From the NCBI GenBank assembly GCA_963769425.1, contig CAVYLP010000001.1:1-64000 (forward strand): a DNA stretch of 64,000 nucleotides, in the 5' to 3' direction. Under the pieces are notes generated by a model. The model saw nothing but the letters and a program-made list of their open reading frames with translations. It was not told where the DNA came from and ran no database searches. The position numbers were made by a program, and so were the translations under genes. Below are positions 50,154 to 60,062 of this stretch, one piece after another. Source of the stretch: Candidatus Bathyarchaeota archaeon (GTDB taxonomy: Archaea > Thermoproteota > Bathyarchaeia > TCS64). Each line of letters starts with the position of its first letter. Position 1 is the first letter of the stretch.

Positions 50154-52040
50154 CTACCGGTACTTCGCTATCGACTTCTCGAGGAAGCCGAGATCCAGCC
50201 GGTCGAGGGTCTCCTTCTTCGGGATGCCCCTCTCGTCCCAGCCGAGGGTGTCGAAGTATGTCTTCATCCGGATGTCCACCCTCTCCTTGTCGGTTGTCTT
50301 CCCCTTGAAGGGACCCGATGGGAGGGGCTCGTAGTACCTAGGCGGGTTCACGTCGTCCTTGATGGGCTCCCAGGTGAGGTCGGGTCCGCCCATGAGGAGG
50401 AACGCCTTCTGCAGGGTGGTTATCCTCGGGCCGTTTACCTTCCTCCAACCGGTGACCGTGATGGGGAAGCCGGTTACGGCCTTCGCGAAGTCGAACTGCA
50501 GGGCGAGGTTGGGACCCCGGGCCGTGAAGCTGCAGTAGACGGCGCAGTCGAAGTAGAGGTTGCCAGTCATGTCGTTGTAGCCGTCGGTCACGTTGGCCGT
50601 GTGGTCGCCCCCCTGGACGCTCGCGGCGTATGTCATGTCGTGTGTGTAGTCCGCGTCGCTCCGGGTGCCGTGAGCGCCTATCTCGATGCCCTTGACGTGG
50701 ACTACGTACTTGAGGACATCATCCTTCGGCAGCCCCTTCATCTCCGCGATCTTTATCGCGGCGCGGTAGCTGCCCTCGGCGAGGATGTCTCCGATGCCCT
50801 GCCTGTACGCCATCATGCGCGTCAGCTTGTCGAAGGCCTCAACGTCGCCCCACTCGAGCTTGAAGCCTATGTCCTCCTCCGTGAGGATACCGCGCTGGTA
50901 GAGCTCCGCAGCGAACCCCACGGTGTTCGCACCGTTGATGCCGCTGTGCCCCAGCTTGTCCATCAGCGTGCTCAGGTGGATGTTGTCGCCGGCGTCGTAG
51001 ATTCCGAAGTTCGTGCCGCAGTAGGCCTGCAGCTCGTAATCGGGGACGTCGGTTATATCTCCCTTCCATCTACCAGACTTTATACAGCTGACCTTCATGC
51101 AGTTCGTCGTGCAGTTGAAGTCTGCCCACTTGACCTTGACCCAGTAGCGGTCCATGTAGCGGTTTACGCCGAGCTCCTTGTCGTCGTGCCACTCCTCCTG
51201 CCAGTTCCTGATAGGCTCGCTACTCGTGCCCGCTCCGGCGCCGTAGCCCATGGCACCCGTGCCCCACCTGCGCATCGGGGACACGGCTATGAGGTCGGCG
51301 TGCACCTTTCTCCAGAGCACCTTCACGGTCTCCGGGGCGTCGACTGTGGGGAACTTGCCCCTGCTCTTTACGACGATGGCCTTGAGGTTCTTGCTCCCCA
51401 TGAGGGCGCCGTAGCCGCCGTATCCGCAGGCGTGACAGATCTTCGTGCAGACCGCCGAGTTGCGCACCATGTTCTCCCCCGCGGGGCCTATGTACATCGA
51501 GGCGGGCTCCTTCCAGAGGCCGACGCGGGGCATCTTCTTCGCGAGCGTGTCCCGAACCTCCTTGTTGAGCTCGATTACCGTCTCTTCGGAGTCCAAGCCC
51601 CAGAGGTGCTTTGCGTCAACGAGCTCGATGGATTCGTCAGTAATTAGGAGGTAGACAGGCGTCTCAGACTTGCCGGTGAAGATTATCCCGTCGTAGCCCG
51701 CGTCCTTAAGCTCTACAGCAGTCTCCGTAGCCGCGGTGCTACCAATTACGCTGTTGTTGGCGGGGCTCTTGCCGCTCACGCAGATGCGTGCGCCGGGGTA
51801 GATGCCCGTCATGGGGCCGGTCGCCACTATGAAGGGGTTCTCTGGGGCGAGAGAGTCAAGCTCGCTCCAGTGCTCACCTACCCTATCCCATAGGATCTTG
51901 GCCGCCATCCCCCTGCCGCCGAGGTACTGCTCAAGCATGCCACGTGGGAACGTGATCTTCTCGAAGCTGCCCTTGGTAAGGTCTACGTCGAGCCACTTGC
52001 CGGCGTATCCGCCGGGGATGTTGTCGCTGTTTCCGCTCAT
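50154..52040 (-). CDS. Tungsten-containing aldehyde:ferredoxin oxidoreductase family protein
   Basis: GYAGKWLDVDL, GGRG, GKSP, IGPAGEN, MGSKNLKAI, PDYE, LAEG; own ATG at 52040 with GAGGAGGT. Confidence 0.93.
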   Translation of the reverse strand: MSGNSDNIPGGYAGKWLDVDLTKGSFEKITFPRGMLEQYLGGRGMAAKILWDRVGEHWSELDSLAPENPFIVATGPMTGIYPGARICVSGKSPANNSVIGSTAATETAVELKDAGYDGIIFTGKSETPVYLLITDESIELVDAKHLWGLDSEETVIELNKEVRDTLAKKMPRVGLWKEPASMYIGPAGENMVRNSAVCTKICHACGYGGYGALMGSKNLKAIVVKSRGKFPTVDAPETVKVLWRKVHADLIAVSPMRRWGTGAMGYGAGAGTSSEPIRNWQEEWHDDKELGVNRYMDRYWVKVKWADFNCTTNCMKVSCIKSGRWKGDITDVPDYELQAYCGTNFGIYDAGDNIHLSTLMDKLGHSGINGANTVGFAAELYQRGILTEEDIGFKLEWGDVEAFDKLTRMMAYRQGIGDILAEGSYRAAIKIAEMKGLPKDDVLKYVVHVKGIEIGAHGTRSDADYTHDMTYAASVQGGDHTANVTDGYNDMTGNLYFDCAVYCSFTARGPNLALQFDFAKAVTGFPITVTGWRKVNGPRITTLQKAFLLMGGPDLTWEPIKDDVNPPRYYEPLPSGPFKGKTTDKERVDIRMKTYFDTLGWDERGIPKKETLDRLDLGFLEKSIAKYR

Positions 52041-52562
52041 TTGATTACCTCCTCGCCCTTCTCGCCGAACATCTTCACAGCTAGGTCCTTCGCCGTGTCG
52101 TAGGGGTTCCTGCTGTAGATCTTCCTGCTGTACGTTCGGGGGCTCATTGACAATGGTAAGGCAGTTGTAGCCCGCCTCTGTGCAGACCTCGACGCACTTG
52201 GGTTCCCCGTTGCAGAGGTCGCAGATGACCGCCTTGTTATCCCCCGGGTGGAGGTAGGGCACGGTCCCCGGGCACACCCTGATGCATGCCCCGCAGCTGA
52301 TGCATTTCGCGCGGTCGACGATGACAGCAGCCGTGTTGGGGTCCTTCGATAGAGCCTGTACCGGGCAGGAGGCTATGCAGGGGTAGTCCATGCACTGTGC
52401 GCAGAGGTGTGGCACCTCGACGCCGGGGAACGGCATGAAGACACGCACCCTTGAGGCGTCGGGCCACATCCACCCCTCGTGCTCGATGCTGCAGGCAAGC
52501 TCGCAACGCCTGCAGCCCGAGCAGTGCGAGGGGTCACGGGCGATCCATATCGGTTTCGGCAT
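52037..52562 (-). CDS. 4Fe-4S polyferredoxin subunit of the AOR; apparent +1 frameshift near 52130 creates a false fusion
   Basis: CSGCRRC..C, CAQC..C..CP, CISCGAC..CP, CDLC..C..C; corrected frame ends RKIYSRNPYDTAKDLAVKMFGEKGEEVIK* overlapping the AOR ATG. Confidence 0.88.
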
Positions 52563-52622
52563 ATGCTTTCACCGGAATTACATCTACCGCGTAACCGTCC
52601 CGAATAAGATTGTTGGTCGTGG

Positions 52623-53594
52623 TTACATGTTCCGGGCGGTGAAGAAGGCGACTAGGTCGAGGCACTTCTGTAGCTTCTTCTCCTTTGCGTAGTAGGTTAG
52701 AGCGGCTAAGGAGGCGCATGAGGCGGGGAGCACCGAGAGTCCCTCCTCGCGTTCTACTATCTCTGAGTATCTCAGCAGCTCACTGTCGGTGACTTGGGTG
52801 GCCCAGCCCCCGCTCTCCCAGAGGGCGTCGAGGGCTTCCTGCCCGTCTAGGCTAATCCAGCTAACGAGGGGTTCGTTATAGCTGGTTTCCGTGATCTCTT
52901 CAAGTCGAAGGTCTTCGATCTTCCTTTTCCCGGTAAGGAAGTTTGAGACTATTGGGTTCCCACCGCTCGTGCTTGCGGCTATGATTACTGTGTTTTTATC
53001 CGTCTTGCCGGCTTTCCTGAGGCTCTGGAATCCGTGGTTAATGCCAGCAAGGGTTGTACCGTTGCCCGTTGGGACGGCTAAGACGTCGGGAGCACGTCCC
53101 ATCCTCTCCACTATTTCGTATGCGATTGTGGCGTACGCCTCGATGGAGACGGCCCTGTTCTCGGGGGTGCCCGGGTTGGCGTTGTACCATCCCCGCCTAT
53201 TCGCCTCGGCGCCCGAGAACTCCACGACCTCCTCATAGGTGCCCGGGGCCCTGTGGATCACACCGCCCTTCCTCTCCATCTCAGCGATCCGTGGGGTGTG
53301 GTACTTCTCCGGGATGTAGACGTGCGTGGTGATGCCGAAGATCCGGGAGACGTGGACGAAGCTGGCGCCGAAGTTCCCGCATGAGGCGATGGCCAGCTCC
53401 CCAAAGCCTTTTTCCTTCGCCATTTTAAGGCATGAGTAAGCTGCTCGGTCCTTCATCGTCCCAGTCGGGTTACCGCCTTCAAATTTCAAGTAAATGTTGC
53501 CAAATCCGAGCAACTGTTCGAGATTGCGTGAACGTGTAAATATCGTGTCGCCGATCCCGTGTGCGATTAATTCTTCTTGTAACATTGCCGTCAA
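52623..53594 (-). CDS. PLP-dependent fold-type II enzyme, threonine-synthase-like
   Basis: LKFEGGNPTGTMKDR, ASCGNFG, VPTGNGT. Confidence 0.88.
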   Translation of the reverse strand: MTAMLQEELIAHGIGDTIFTRSRNLEQLLGFGNIYLKFEGGNPTGTMKDRAAYSCLKMAKEKGFGELAIASCGNFGASFVHVSRIFGITTHVYIPEKYHTPRIAEMERKGGVIHRAPGTYEEVVEFSGAEANRRGWYNANPGTPENRAVSIEAYATIAYEIVERMGRAPDVLAVPTGNGTTLAGINHGFQSLRKAGKTDKNTVIIAASTSGGNPIVSNFLTGKRKIEDLRLEEITETSYNEPLVSWISLDGQEALDALWESGGWATQVTDSELLRYSEIVEREEGLSVLPASCASLAALTYYAKEKKLQKCLDLVAFFTARNM

Positions 53595-53673
53595 GATCTG
53601 AATCTAACCTGATAGTAAGCAATAATAAGTAGCATTAATGATTATCGACTCTGGATAAGAAGTCCACGCAGGT

Positions 53674-55041
53674 ATGTGTATAGTGTCTAGCCTCTCTGTG
53701 GAAGCGAGACAGATCGAGACGGGTTATGAAATAAATCTCCGCGGGTCGCGGTATGTCGTAAAATATCCCAACGGCTTCTGGAAGAATTACCCCCAGGAGG
53801 CAAAGGATGTCTTATTCGACAACCTCGTATACGCAGAGACCGTCCATCTCCCCCTGACCCTCCGGAAGAGCGAGTTGAGGTACAACACCTCCGCCCCCTT
53901 CTTCCAGACCCAGTTTTTCCAGAACCTCTTGATGGACCTGCCTAGCTGCGCAGACGTAGACGGGACCAGAACGTCGGAACTCATCAAAGAGTTCATGAAC
54001 CTGAAGATCAAGTTCAACGACTACGACGTAAAGTTCCCAACCTACAAGCAGCCGAGCAGGGACGACAGCAGCGTCGTCGCCCTCAGCTTCGGTAAGGACA
54101 GCCTACTAACCTGGGCCGTCTGCCGCGAGCTCGGCCTCAACCCCCAGGCGGCTTACGTCGTGGAGCCCCTCCTCCTATATGAGGAGAAGCACAAGGACGT
54201 GCTCGCTAAGGAGTTCGAGAGCGAGTTCAAGGTGAAGCTGAACAAGATAATCCACACGACTGGCCACCTACGCGACGGCATACGCCTCGGTGTGGGTAAG
54301 ACTGAGATCGGCTGGGGCCTCCAGAACACTCAGTACGCCATGATGCTGCTTCCCATTGCCAACACGTTCCAGGCGAAGTACATCCTCTTCGGCAACGAGC
54401 AGAGCTGCAGCGAGTACTACTACGACAAGGAGGGCTTCATCTGCTACCCTGCCTTCGACCAGAGCCACAAGTGGACGGTGAACATCGACGTCATTACCCG
54501 CCTCCTGACGAATGGCGGCGTCCGCACGATGAGCGTCATCGAGCCCCTCAACGACATCGCCGTCGTCTACGCCCTTTACAAGAGGTACCCTGAGGTAGCA
54601 AAGTACCACATGAGTTGCTTCGTAGAGACCGAGGCCGGCCGCGACACGAGGTGGTGCATGAGCTGCAGCGTCTGCAGCAAGATGTACCTGCTCATCAAGG
54701 CGTGCGGCTTCGACCCCAAGACGGTCGGGCTCACGAAGAACATGCTCACTGAGGACTGCAAGGACTACTTCAGCCTCTTCGGCGGAAGCGACGTCAACAC
54801 CTACGCCTTAACGGGCAGGGGCCGCGACGAGCAACTCTTCGCATTCTACCTCGCGTGGAAGAATGGCGACAAGAGCCCACTCACTCAGGAGTTCGAGCAG
54901 AGGTTCCTAGACGAAGCGAAGGGCAGGGAGGACGAGCTCTACAAACTCTTCTTCGGCGTCCACGAGGCAATCACGATGCCCGAGAAGATCAAGAACGAGA
55001 CCCTCAGCATATACAAGGAGGTCCTTTCGGACGTCCCCTAG
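53674..55041 (+). CDS. PP-loop ATP-dependent protein resembling MurL peptidyl-glutamate epimerase
   Basis: LSFGKDS, FGNEQS, SVIEPL, HMSC, WCMSCSVC in MurL-like order and length (455 aa); family call recalled, not searched. Confidence 0.6.
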   Translation: MCIVSSLSVEARQIETGYEINLRGSRYVVKYPNGFWKNYPQEAKDVLFDNLVYAETVHLPLTLRKSELRYNTSAPFFQTQFFQNLLMDLPSCADVDGTRTSELIKEFMNLKIKFNDYDVKFPTYKQPSRDDSSVVALSFGKDSLLTWAVCRELGLNPQAAYVVEPLLLYEEKHKDVLAKEFESEFKVKLNKIIHTTGHLRDGIRLGVGKTEIGWGLQNTQYAMMLLPIANTFQAKYILFGNEQSCSEYYYDKEGFICYPAFDQSHKWTVNIDVITRLLTNGGVRTMSVIEPLNDIAVVYALYKRYPEVAKYHMSCFVETEAGRDTRWCMSCSVCSKMYLLIKACGFDPKTVGLTKNMLTEDCKDYFSLFGGSDVNTYALTGRGRDEQLFAFYLAWKNGDKSPLTQEFEQRFLDEAKGREDELYKLFFGVHEAITMPEKIKNETLSIYKEVLSDVP

Positions 55042-55051
55042 CCGCAGGAAG

Positions 55052-56050
55052 TTGAGAATCGCTTTTTGTTGTAACACTCGCCACGACAAGGGCGAGTTCC
55101 AAGTCGAGTACGAACCACAGCACACGATCGAGCTCGTGAAGCACGCCATCGAGGCCGCGGACTGGGAATATCTCCAGATCGAGGCCGACGAGACTTGCTT
55201 CGAAACCCTTCGCAGGGAGAAGCCGGACCTCGTCCTCAACAGAGCCGAGGGCATCCGTGGCGAGAGTAGGGAGAGCCATATCCCCTCCTTCTGTGAGATG
55301 CTTGGCATCCCCTACACGGGCGCGGGCGTCATGGCGACCGCTATCTGCCTCGACAAGCCCACGACGAAGAAGGTGCTAGAGTGGCACGGCATCAAGACCG
55401 CTCCCTTCATGGTACTCTTTGAAGAGGGCGACCCAATCGACCCCAAGCTCAGGTATCCCCTCATACTCAAGCCGAGCCACGAGGGCAGCAGCATCGGCAT
55501 CAACATCGACAACGTCGTCCACGACGAGAAGCAACTACGCAGAAAACTCAAGGAGATGCTTGGAGTTTACAAGCAGGGCATACTCGCGGAGGAGTTCATC
55601 GACGGGCGCGAGTTCAGCGTCGGCATAGTCGGCAACTTCATCGGCGAGGAGAAGCCCCGTATCCTACCCATCTTCGAGATGGACTTCAGCAAGTTCGCCC
55701 CCGAACTCGGCACCGTCCTCGGTCAGAAAGCCAAGACCATCTACGACTCGTCCGCCAACTACATCTGCCCCGCCAAGCTCCCAGCAAAGCTCAAGAGGGA
55801 GATAGAGGAGACGACGCTAAAAGCAGTGAAGGTCCTACAGTGCTATGATTGGGGCCGCCTAGACTACAGATACAACAGCCGTGGTGAGCTCTACTTCCTT
55901 GAGATCAATCCGCTCCCCGGCATAGACGCCGACGCGTCCGTCGACGACTTCAGCTTCTACCCCTTCATGTGGCTGCGGGGCGGCTGGAGCTTCGACGACA
56001 TGATACGCGAGGTCGTCGGCGCAGGTCTTAAGCGGTACGGCATCAAGTAG
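55052..56050 (+). CDS. D-Ala-D-Ala ligase-like ATP-grasp ligase
   Basis: IPYTG, CLDK, PLILKPSHEGSSIGI, EEFIDGREF, GRLDYR, LEINPLPG. Confidence 0.88.
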   Translation: MRIAFCCNTRHDKGEFQVEYEPQHTIELVKHAIEAADWEYLQIEADETCFETLRREKPDLVLNRAEGIRGESRESHIPSFCEMLGIPYTGAGVMATAICLDKPTTKKVLEWHGIKTAPFMVLFEEGDPIDPKLRYPLILKPSHEGSSIGINIDNVVHDEKQLRRKLKEMLGVYKQGILAEEFIDGREFSVGIVGNFIGEEKPRILPIFEMDFSKFAPELGTVLGQKAKTIYDSSANYICPAKLPAKLKREIEETTLKAVKVLQCYDWGRLDYRYNSRGELYFLEINPLPGIDADASVDDFSFYPFMWLRGGWSFDDMIREVVGAGLKRYGIK

Positions 56051-56057
56051 CTCCCCG

Positions 56058-56651
56058 ATGAGCGAGGAGCCGCCCTTTTTCGAGGAGGCGTCCAAGCGGG
56101 TAGAGGAGAGGCTGGGCACCCTCCTCGGGGAACCCGTCAAGATAAGCGTATACGTCTCCCTCAACAGAAAGCTGATCGACGAGATAATCAAGATAGAGTC
56201 AAACATGTTCCGGGACGAGCTAAGGTACAGCCTCTGGGAGCTGATGACGAGAAGTGAGAAGCCGGGTTTCGTCCTCATCATGGTGAGGCAAGATAGTGAG
56301 CCCCTCGCCTTCTTCTTCGGATACGAGGACCCCGAGCTCCCTGGCGGGTACTACGGGGACACGCTCGCGAGCATCGTCGAGGGGAAGGGGGTTGGGAGCA
56401 GCCTATTCGCCCTCGTCCATATCTACTGCTACGAGAACGGGTACAACCACTTCACCTGCCACACGGAGGAGGTGGATGAGAAGGGGAGGAAGCTCAGGGA
56501 CTGGTACATTGCTATGGGTATGGATTACATCAGCACAACCTCCGAGTACGGCGACCTGATGCGGGTCAGGCTCACCCCCGGCCACGCGAACTGGATGTAC
56601 CACCGTCACATACTTAGTGAGAAGCAATACAATAGGAACCCGGATCAATGA
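56058..56651 (+). CDS. GNAT-like acyltransferase
   Basis: DTLASIVEGKGVGSSL (motif A-like), WYIAMG. Confidence 0.6.
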   Translation: MSEEPPFFEEASKRVEERLGTLLGEPVKISVYVSLNRKLIDEIIKIESNMFRDELRYSLWELMTRSEKPGFVLIMVRQDSEPLAFFFGYEDPELPGGYYGDTLASIVEGKGVGSSLFALVHIYCYENGYNHFTCHTEEVDEKGRKLRDWYIAMGMDYISTTSEYGDLMRVRLTPGHANWMYHRHILSEKQYNRNPDQ

Positions 56652-56705
56652 GAATCATCGTTCCATGAAATAACACTTTTAACCGAATCAGCCTCCATCT
56701 GCTTC

Positions 56706-57152
56706 ATGCTGTACTTTTCATATGGTTCCTTTCTAGACTCGGAGATGCTGAGGAAGCACTGCCCTAATGCTAAGTACATTGGTAGAGCTACTTTACCAAA
56801 CTGGGAATTACAGTTCAATTTCCTGAGCCGTACATATAATGGCGGCGTGACTGGAGTTGAACCAGCAGTTGCCAAACTCGTTAGGGGAGTTCTATATGAG
56901 GTCTCTAATGAGGAACTACTTCACCTCGATACAATCGAGGGAATTCCTGAAGGGATCTATTATAGGCAGACAATTTATGTCGTAGACGAATTTGGGAAAC
57001 CTGTTAAAACAGCTACTTATAGGACGACCAATCCCAAAGGACCCTTCAAACCTACGAAGAGATACGTCGGACTCATGATTAGTGGGGCTAAGGAGCACCG
57101 TCTCGACTCCGACTATGTCAAGGAACTTGAAGCCATCGAGACCATCGATTAG
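56706..57152 (+). CDS. Gamma-glutamylcyclotransferase (AIG2-like)
   Basis: YFSYGS, VRGVLYEV, LDTIEG, PTKRY..GAKEH. Confidence 0.9.
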   Translation: MLYFSYGSFLDSEMLRKHCPNAKYIGRATLPNWELQFNFLSRTYNGGVTGVEPAVAKLVRGVLYEVSNEELLHLDTIEGIPEGIYYRQTIYVVDEFGKPVKTATYRTTNPKGPFKPTKRYVGLMISGAKEHRLDSDYVKELEAIETID

Positions 57153-57431
57153 CAGTTCTTGTTATGCTGCTCGCTATCGCATTTTTTCGTCTCACATTTA
57201 AGATATTGTCACTAATCAACGGATAATCCGATAAATATGTGATTAATAGCGGTGACTTCCTATGTAAATATTGTAACCCGTAGAACTATGTTCATATTGG
57301 CGACATACGCAGGAGTCATTAAAAAACATCGTTAAGTCAGTAAAATCTTAGGTTTCGTTGTACTAAATGCAAAGGTCTTCGATAAAGACAAATTATCATT
57401 CAATTCCGATCTACCCATGTTAAATGGGGGC

Positions 57432-59008
57432 TTAAAGGCCCTTGTGGAACAGGATCTTCCCGTTCACGATCGTCATATAGACCTTCGCCTCCCGAATATT
57501 CTCGGGCTTCATCTCGGTCAAATCACGATCGATGACCGCCACGTCGGCGAGCTTTCCCGGTTCGATACTTCCTTTGAGGTCCTCCTCGAAGCTTGCGTAG
57601 GCACCGTTCAGGGTGTAACACCTTATCGCTTCTGTCAACTTGATACGCGCGTCCTTTATGCCGTGGTTGACCGCGCTCCAGACGCCGTAGATCGGGTGGA
57701 ACGGCATGCCGTCGCTGCCGAATGCGATGGTTATCCCCTCATCGATCATTATCCTGTAGGGGTTGTTGAGACGGTTTCTCTCCTTCCCCAGGCGCTGCTC
57801 GTACATGCTCCCCGGGCCCGCCCACTCGCCGACGAAGTTGGGCTGAACAGCTGGTATGATTCCCAGCTCCTTGATGCGCTCTATCTGCCCAGCCGTGAGA
57901 ATCTCACAGTGCTCGATGCGGTGGCGGTGATCCTTCCTAGGAGTATCCTTGATGGCGGCCTGGATGCTGTTGATAACGCATTCAATCGCGTAGTCGCCGA
58001 TGGCGTGGATCGCCAGCTGGTTACCGTGCCTGTGGGCCGCTATCGCCTTCTCATCCAGCACCTCGGGCGGCATGATCAGTAATCCCTTCGAAGAAGGCTC
58101 ATCCGTGTACGGCTCGAAGAGCGCCGCCGTCCTCGCACCTAGACTACCATCCATCAGCAACTTCGTCGGCCCGATCTTGATCATATCGTTGCCGAAGCCG
58201 GTTCGTATCCCCATCTCATAGCTCTGCTTCTGGATGGTCTCGTTAAGGAAGAGGTAGGCACGGACCTTAAGGTACCCTTTGGCGAGCGCCGTCTGGTAGG
58301 CCTTGAGGGCGTCCCCGCCGAGCCCGGCGTCGCCTATGCTCGTGCAGCCGAGGCTCAGCGCGTACTCGGAGGCAATCTTCAGCCCCTCGACGGCGGTCTC
58401 CTCAGTGACCGGCGGGATGAATGGCTCGATCAAGTGGCGGCAGTCTCTCAGGATGCCGGTTGGTTCGCCGTCGGAACCCATGTCTATTTGACCCCCATCA
58501 GGCTGCTTCGTTTTCCTGGTAATACCCGCTATCTTGAGCGCTGGTGTGTTTAGCGTCAGCAGGTGGCCGCAGATGCGTACCACTATGATGGGATGCACCT
58601 TGCTAACGGCGTCGAGGTCCTCCCTCGTGGGGTATCTGTTCTCGGGCCACTTGGATTCGTCCCAGCCCTTACCGATTATCCACTCGCCCTTCTTAGTCGT
58701 CTTTGCCTTCTCCTTCAGCCGCGCCATCGCGGCCTCTAGGGTGGGCGGGTCACGGAGCTGGACATCACGTATCATCGAGATTCCCATCCCGTAGAAGTGG
58801 CAGTGGCTGTCGATGAACCCCGGCACGACCGTCATGCCGGAGACGTCGTAGACCTCGGCCCCCTTAGGGATCTCGATCTTCCCCTTCTTTCCCGCGGCTA
58901 GGATGTAGTCGCCTTGCATCAAAACGATGCTGTCTTTGATTGGCGGACGGCCCGTTCCGTCGATTAGTGTGCCGCCCGTCAGAACTCTTGGACAAGGTTC
59001 CAGGGACA
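57432..59008 (-). CDS. Amidohydrolase (YtcJ-like); exact start uncertain
   Basis: PGFIDSHCH, KLLMDGSLGARTA, IHAIGD, RHRIEH, FGSD, GSIEPGKLAD. Confidence 0.92.
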
Positions 59009-59115
59009 ATACTGTCGTTGGACTCCTTGTGCATAGCGCGCGGGTATTGGAATATAAATCATTGGGGAGGGACCTCATCGGATTATCCCTCGCGGAATAG
59101 TTAGATAATCCTAGC

Positions 59116-59994
59116 TTATCCGGCGCTTAGGTAGCCGCTTAGCATTAAATTAAGCGTCTGCACAATCGCCACTACGACGAAGTCCTTCGCCAGCACTTTG
59201 CCTAACTCAAGCAACCGGTTGATGTCTCGGGAGCCAAGAATCTTCCTACTCAACCATAGGCGCAGAGAGACGAATGCAGTGAGTGTGAAGAGGATAACAT
59301 AGAAAACCATTGGAAGATTAAACATCACCCCGACAAGCAGCATTAGGGGCAGGAGTGCGTAGCCCAGTGCTATGGTTAACATCATCCCCAGACGAGGTCC
59401 GAAGACGATGTGAACGGTCCTCGCCCCGCTCTTGAGGTCGGGTTCATAATCCGCTAGATCCTCCCAGAGGCTGTTCACGGCGGTTGTGGTTCCTATCACC
59501 GTTACAAGCACCAGAACGCTGGGATAGGTGGCGCCAGCGAAAGCGGCGACGATGAGAACTGGGACAGCCCCGACAGTGAAGTTCACTACAGGTTTCCATA
59601 GTGTCTGCCTGAGCCTAAAGGGTGGAACAGAGTAGAGCACACCGAAGAAGATGCCCACCACGACCCAGAAGACCACGTAGATCGACGTCGTCAGCACCCC
59701 CAGCAGTGATGATAGGGCACATAGCCCAAGTGCTACTGGCAAACCCAGCTCACCGAGTCTTCTCGTGAACTCAGCTCTGGACGGGTGGGAAAGGATGTCG
59801 AGCTCCTTGTCGAAGACGTTGTTCAGTGCGTCGACGCCGCTCCACCCGAGGAACACGATAACCCCGAGGTAGGAGGCCTGGTTCCACGCGCCCGAGTCGA
59901 GCATGAGGAAGGCTGCGCCGACGGCGATGGCGAATACCATCACGCCCCTCTCCGCGGATATGAATTTGGCGAACCCCCGCAACCCACGGAGCAT
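59116..59994 (-). CDS. UbiA family prenyltransferase
   Basis: NNVFDKELD, LYSVPPFRLR, EDLADYEPDLKSGART; multi-TM. Confidence 0.9.
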   Translation of the reverse strand: MLRGLRGFAKFISAERGVMVFAIAVGAAFLMLDSGAWNQASYLGVIVFLGWSGVDALNNVFDKELDILSHPSRAEFTRRLGELGLPVALGLCALSSLLGVLTTSIYVVFWVVVGIFFGVLYSVPPFRLRQTLWKPVVNFTVGAVPVLIVAAFAGATYPSVLVLVTVIGTTTAVNSLWEDLADYEPDLKSGARTVHIVFGPRLGMMLTIALGYALLPLMLLVGVMFNLPMVFYVILFTLTAFVSLRLWLSRKILGSRDINRLLELGKVLAKDFVVVAIVQTLNLMLSGYLSAG

Positions 59995-60062
59995 ATCAAC
60001 TGACCTTACCCTGCTGATTTAAAAACCATCGCCGGGGAAACGGCCCCAGCGGGAATGGATCT

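Noticed and set aside
50145-51647. 500-aa + strand ORF
   Set aside because: Antisense shadow of the GC-rich AOR gene with no recognisable motifs; the same applies to the many short antisense ORFs
50154-52562. 802-aa ferredoxin-AOR fusion in the ORF track
   Set aside because: The linker is an off-frame read of the ferredoxin C-terminus; removing one base near 52130 gives a stop overlapping the AOR ATG, which has its own GAGGAGGT site
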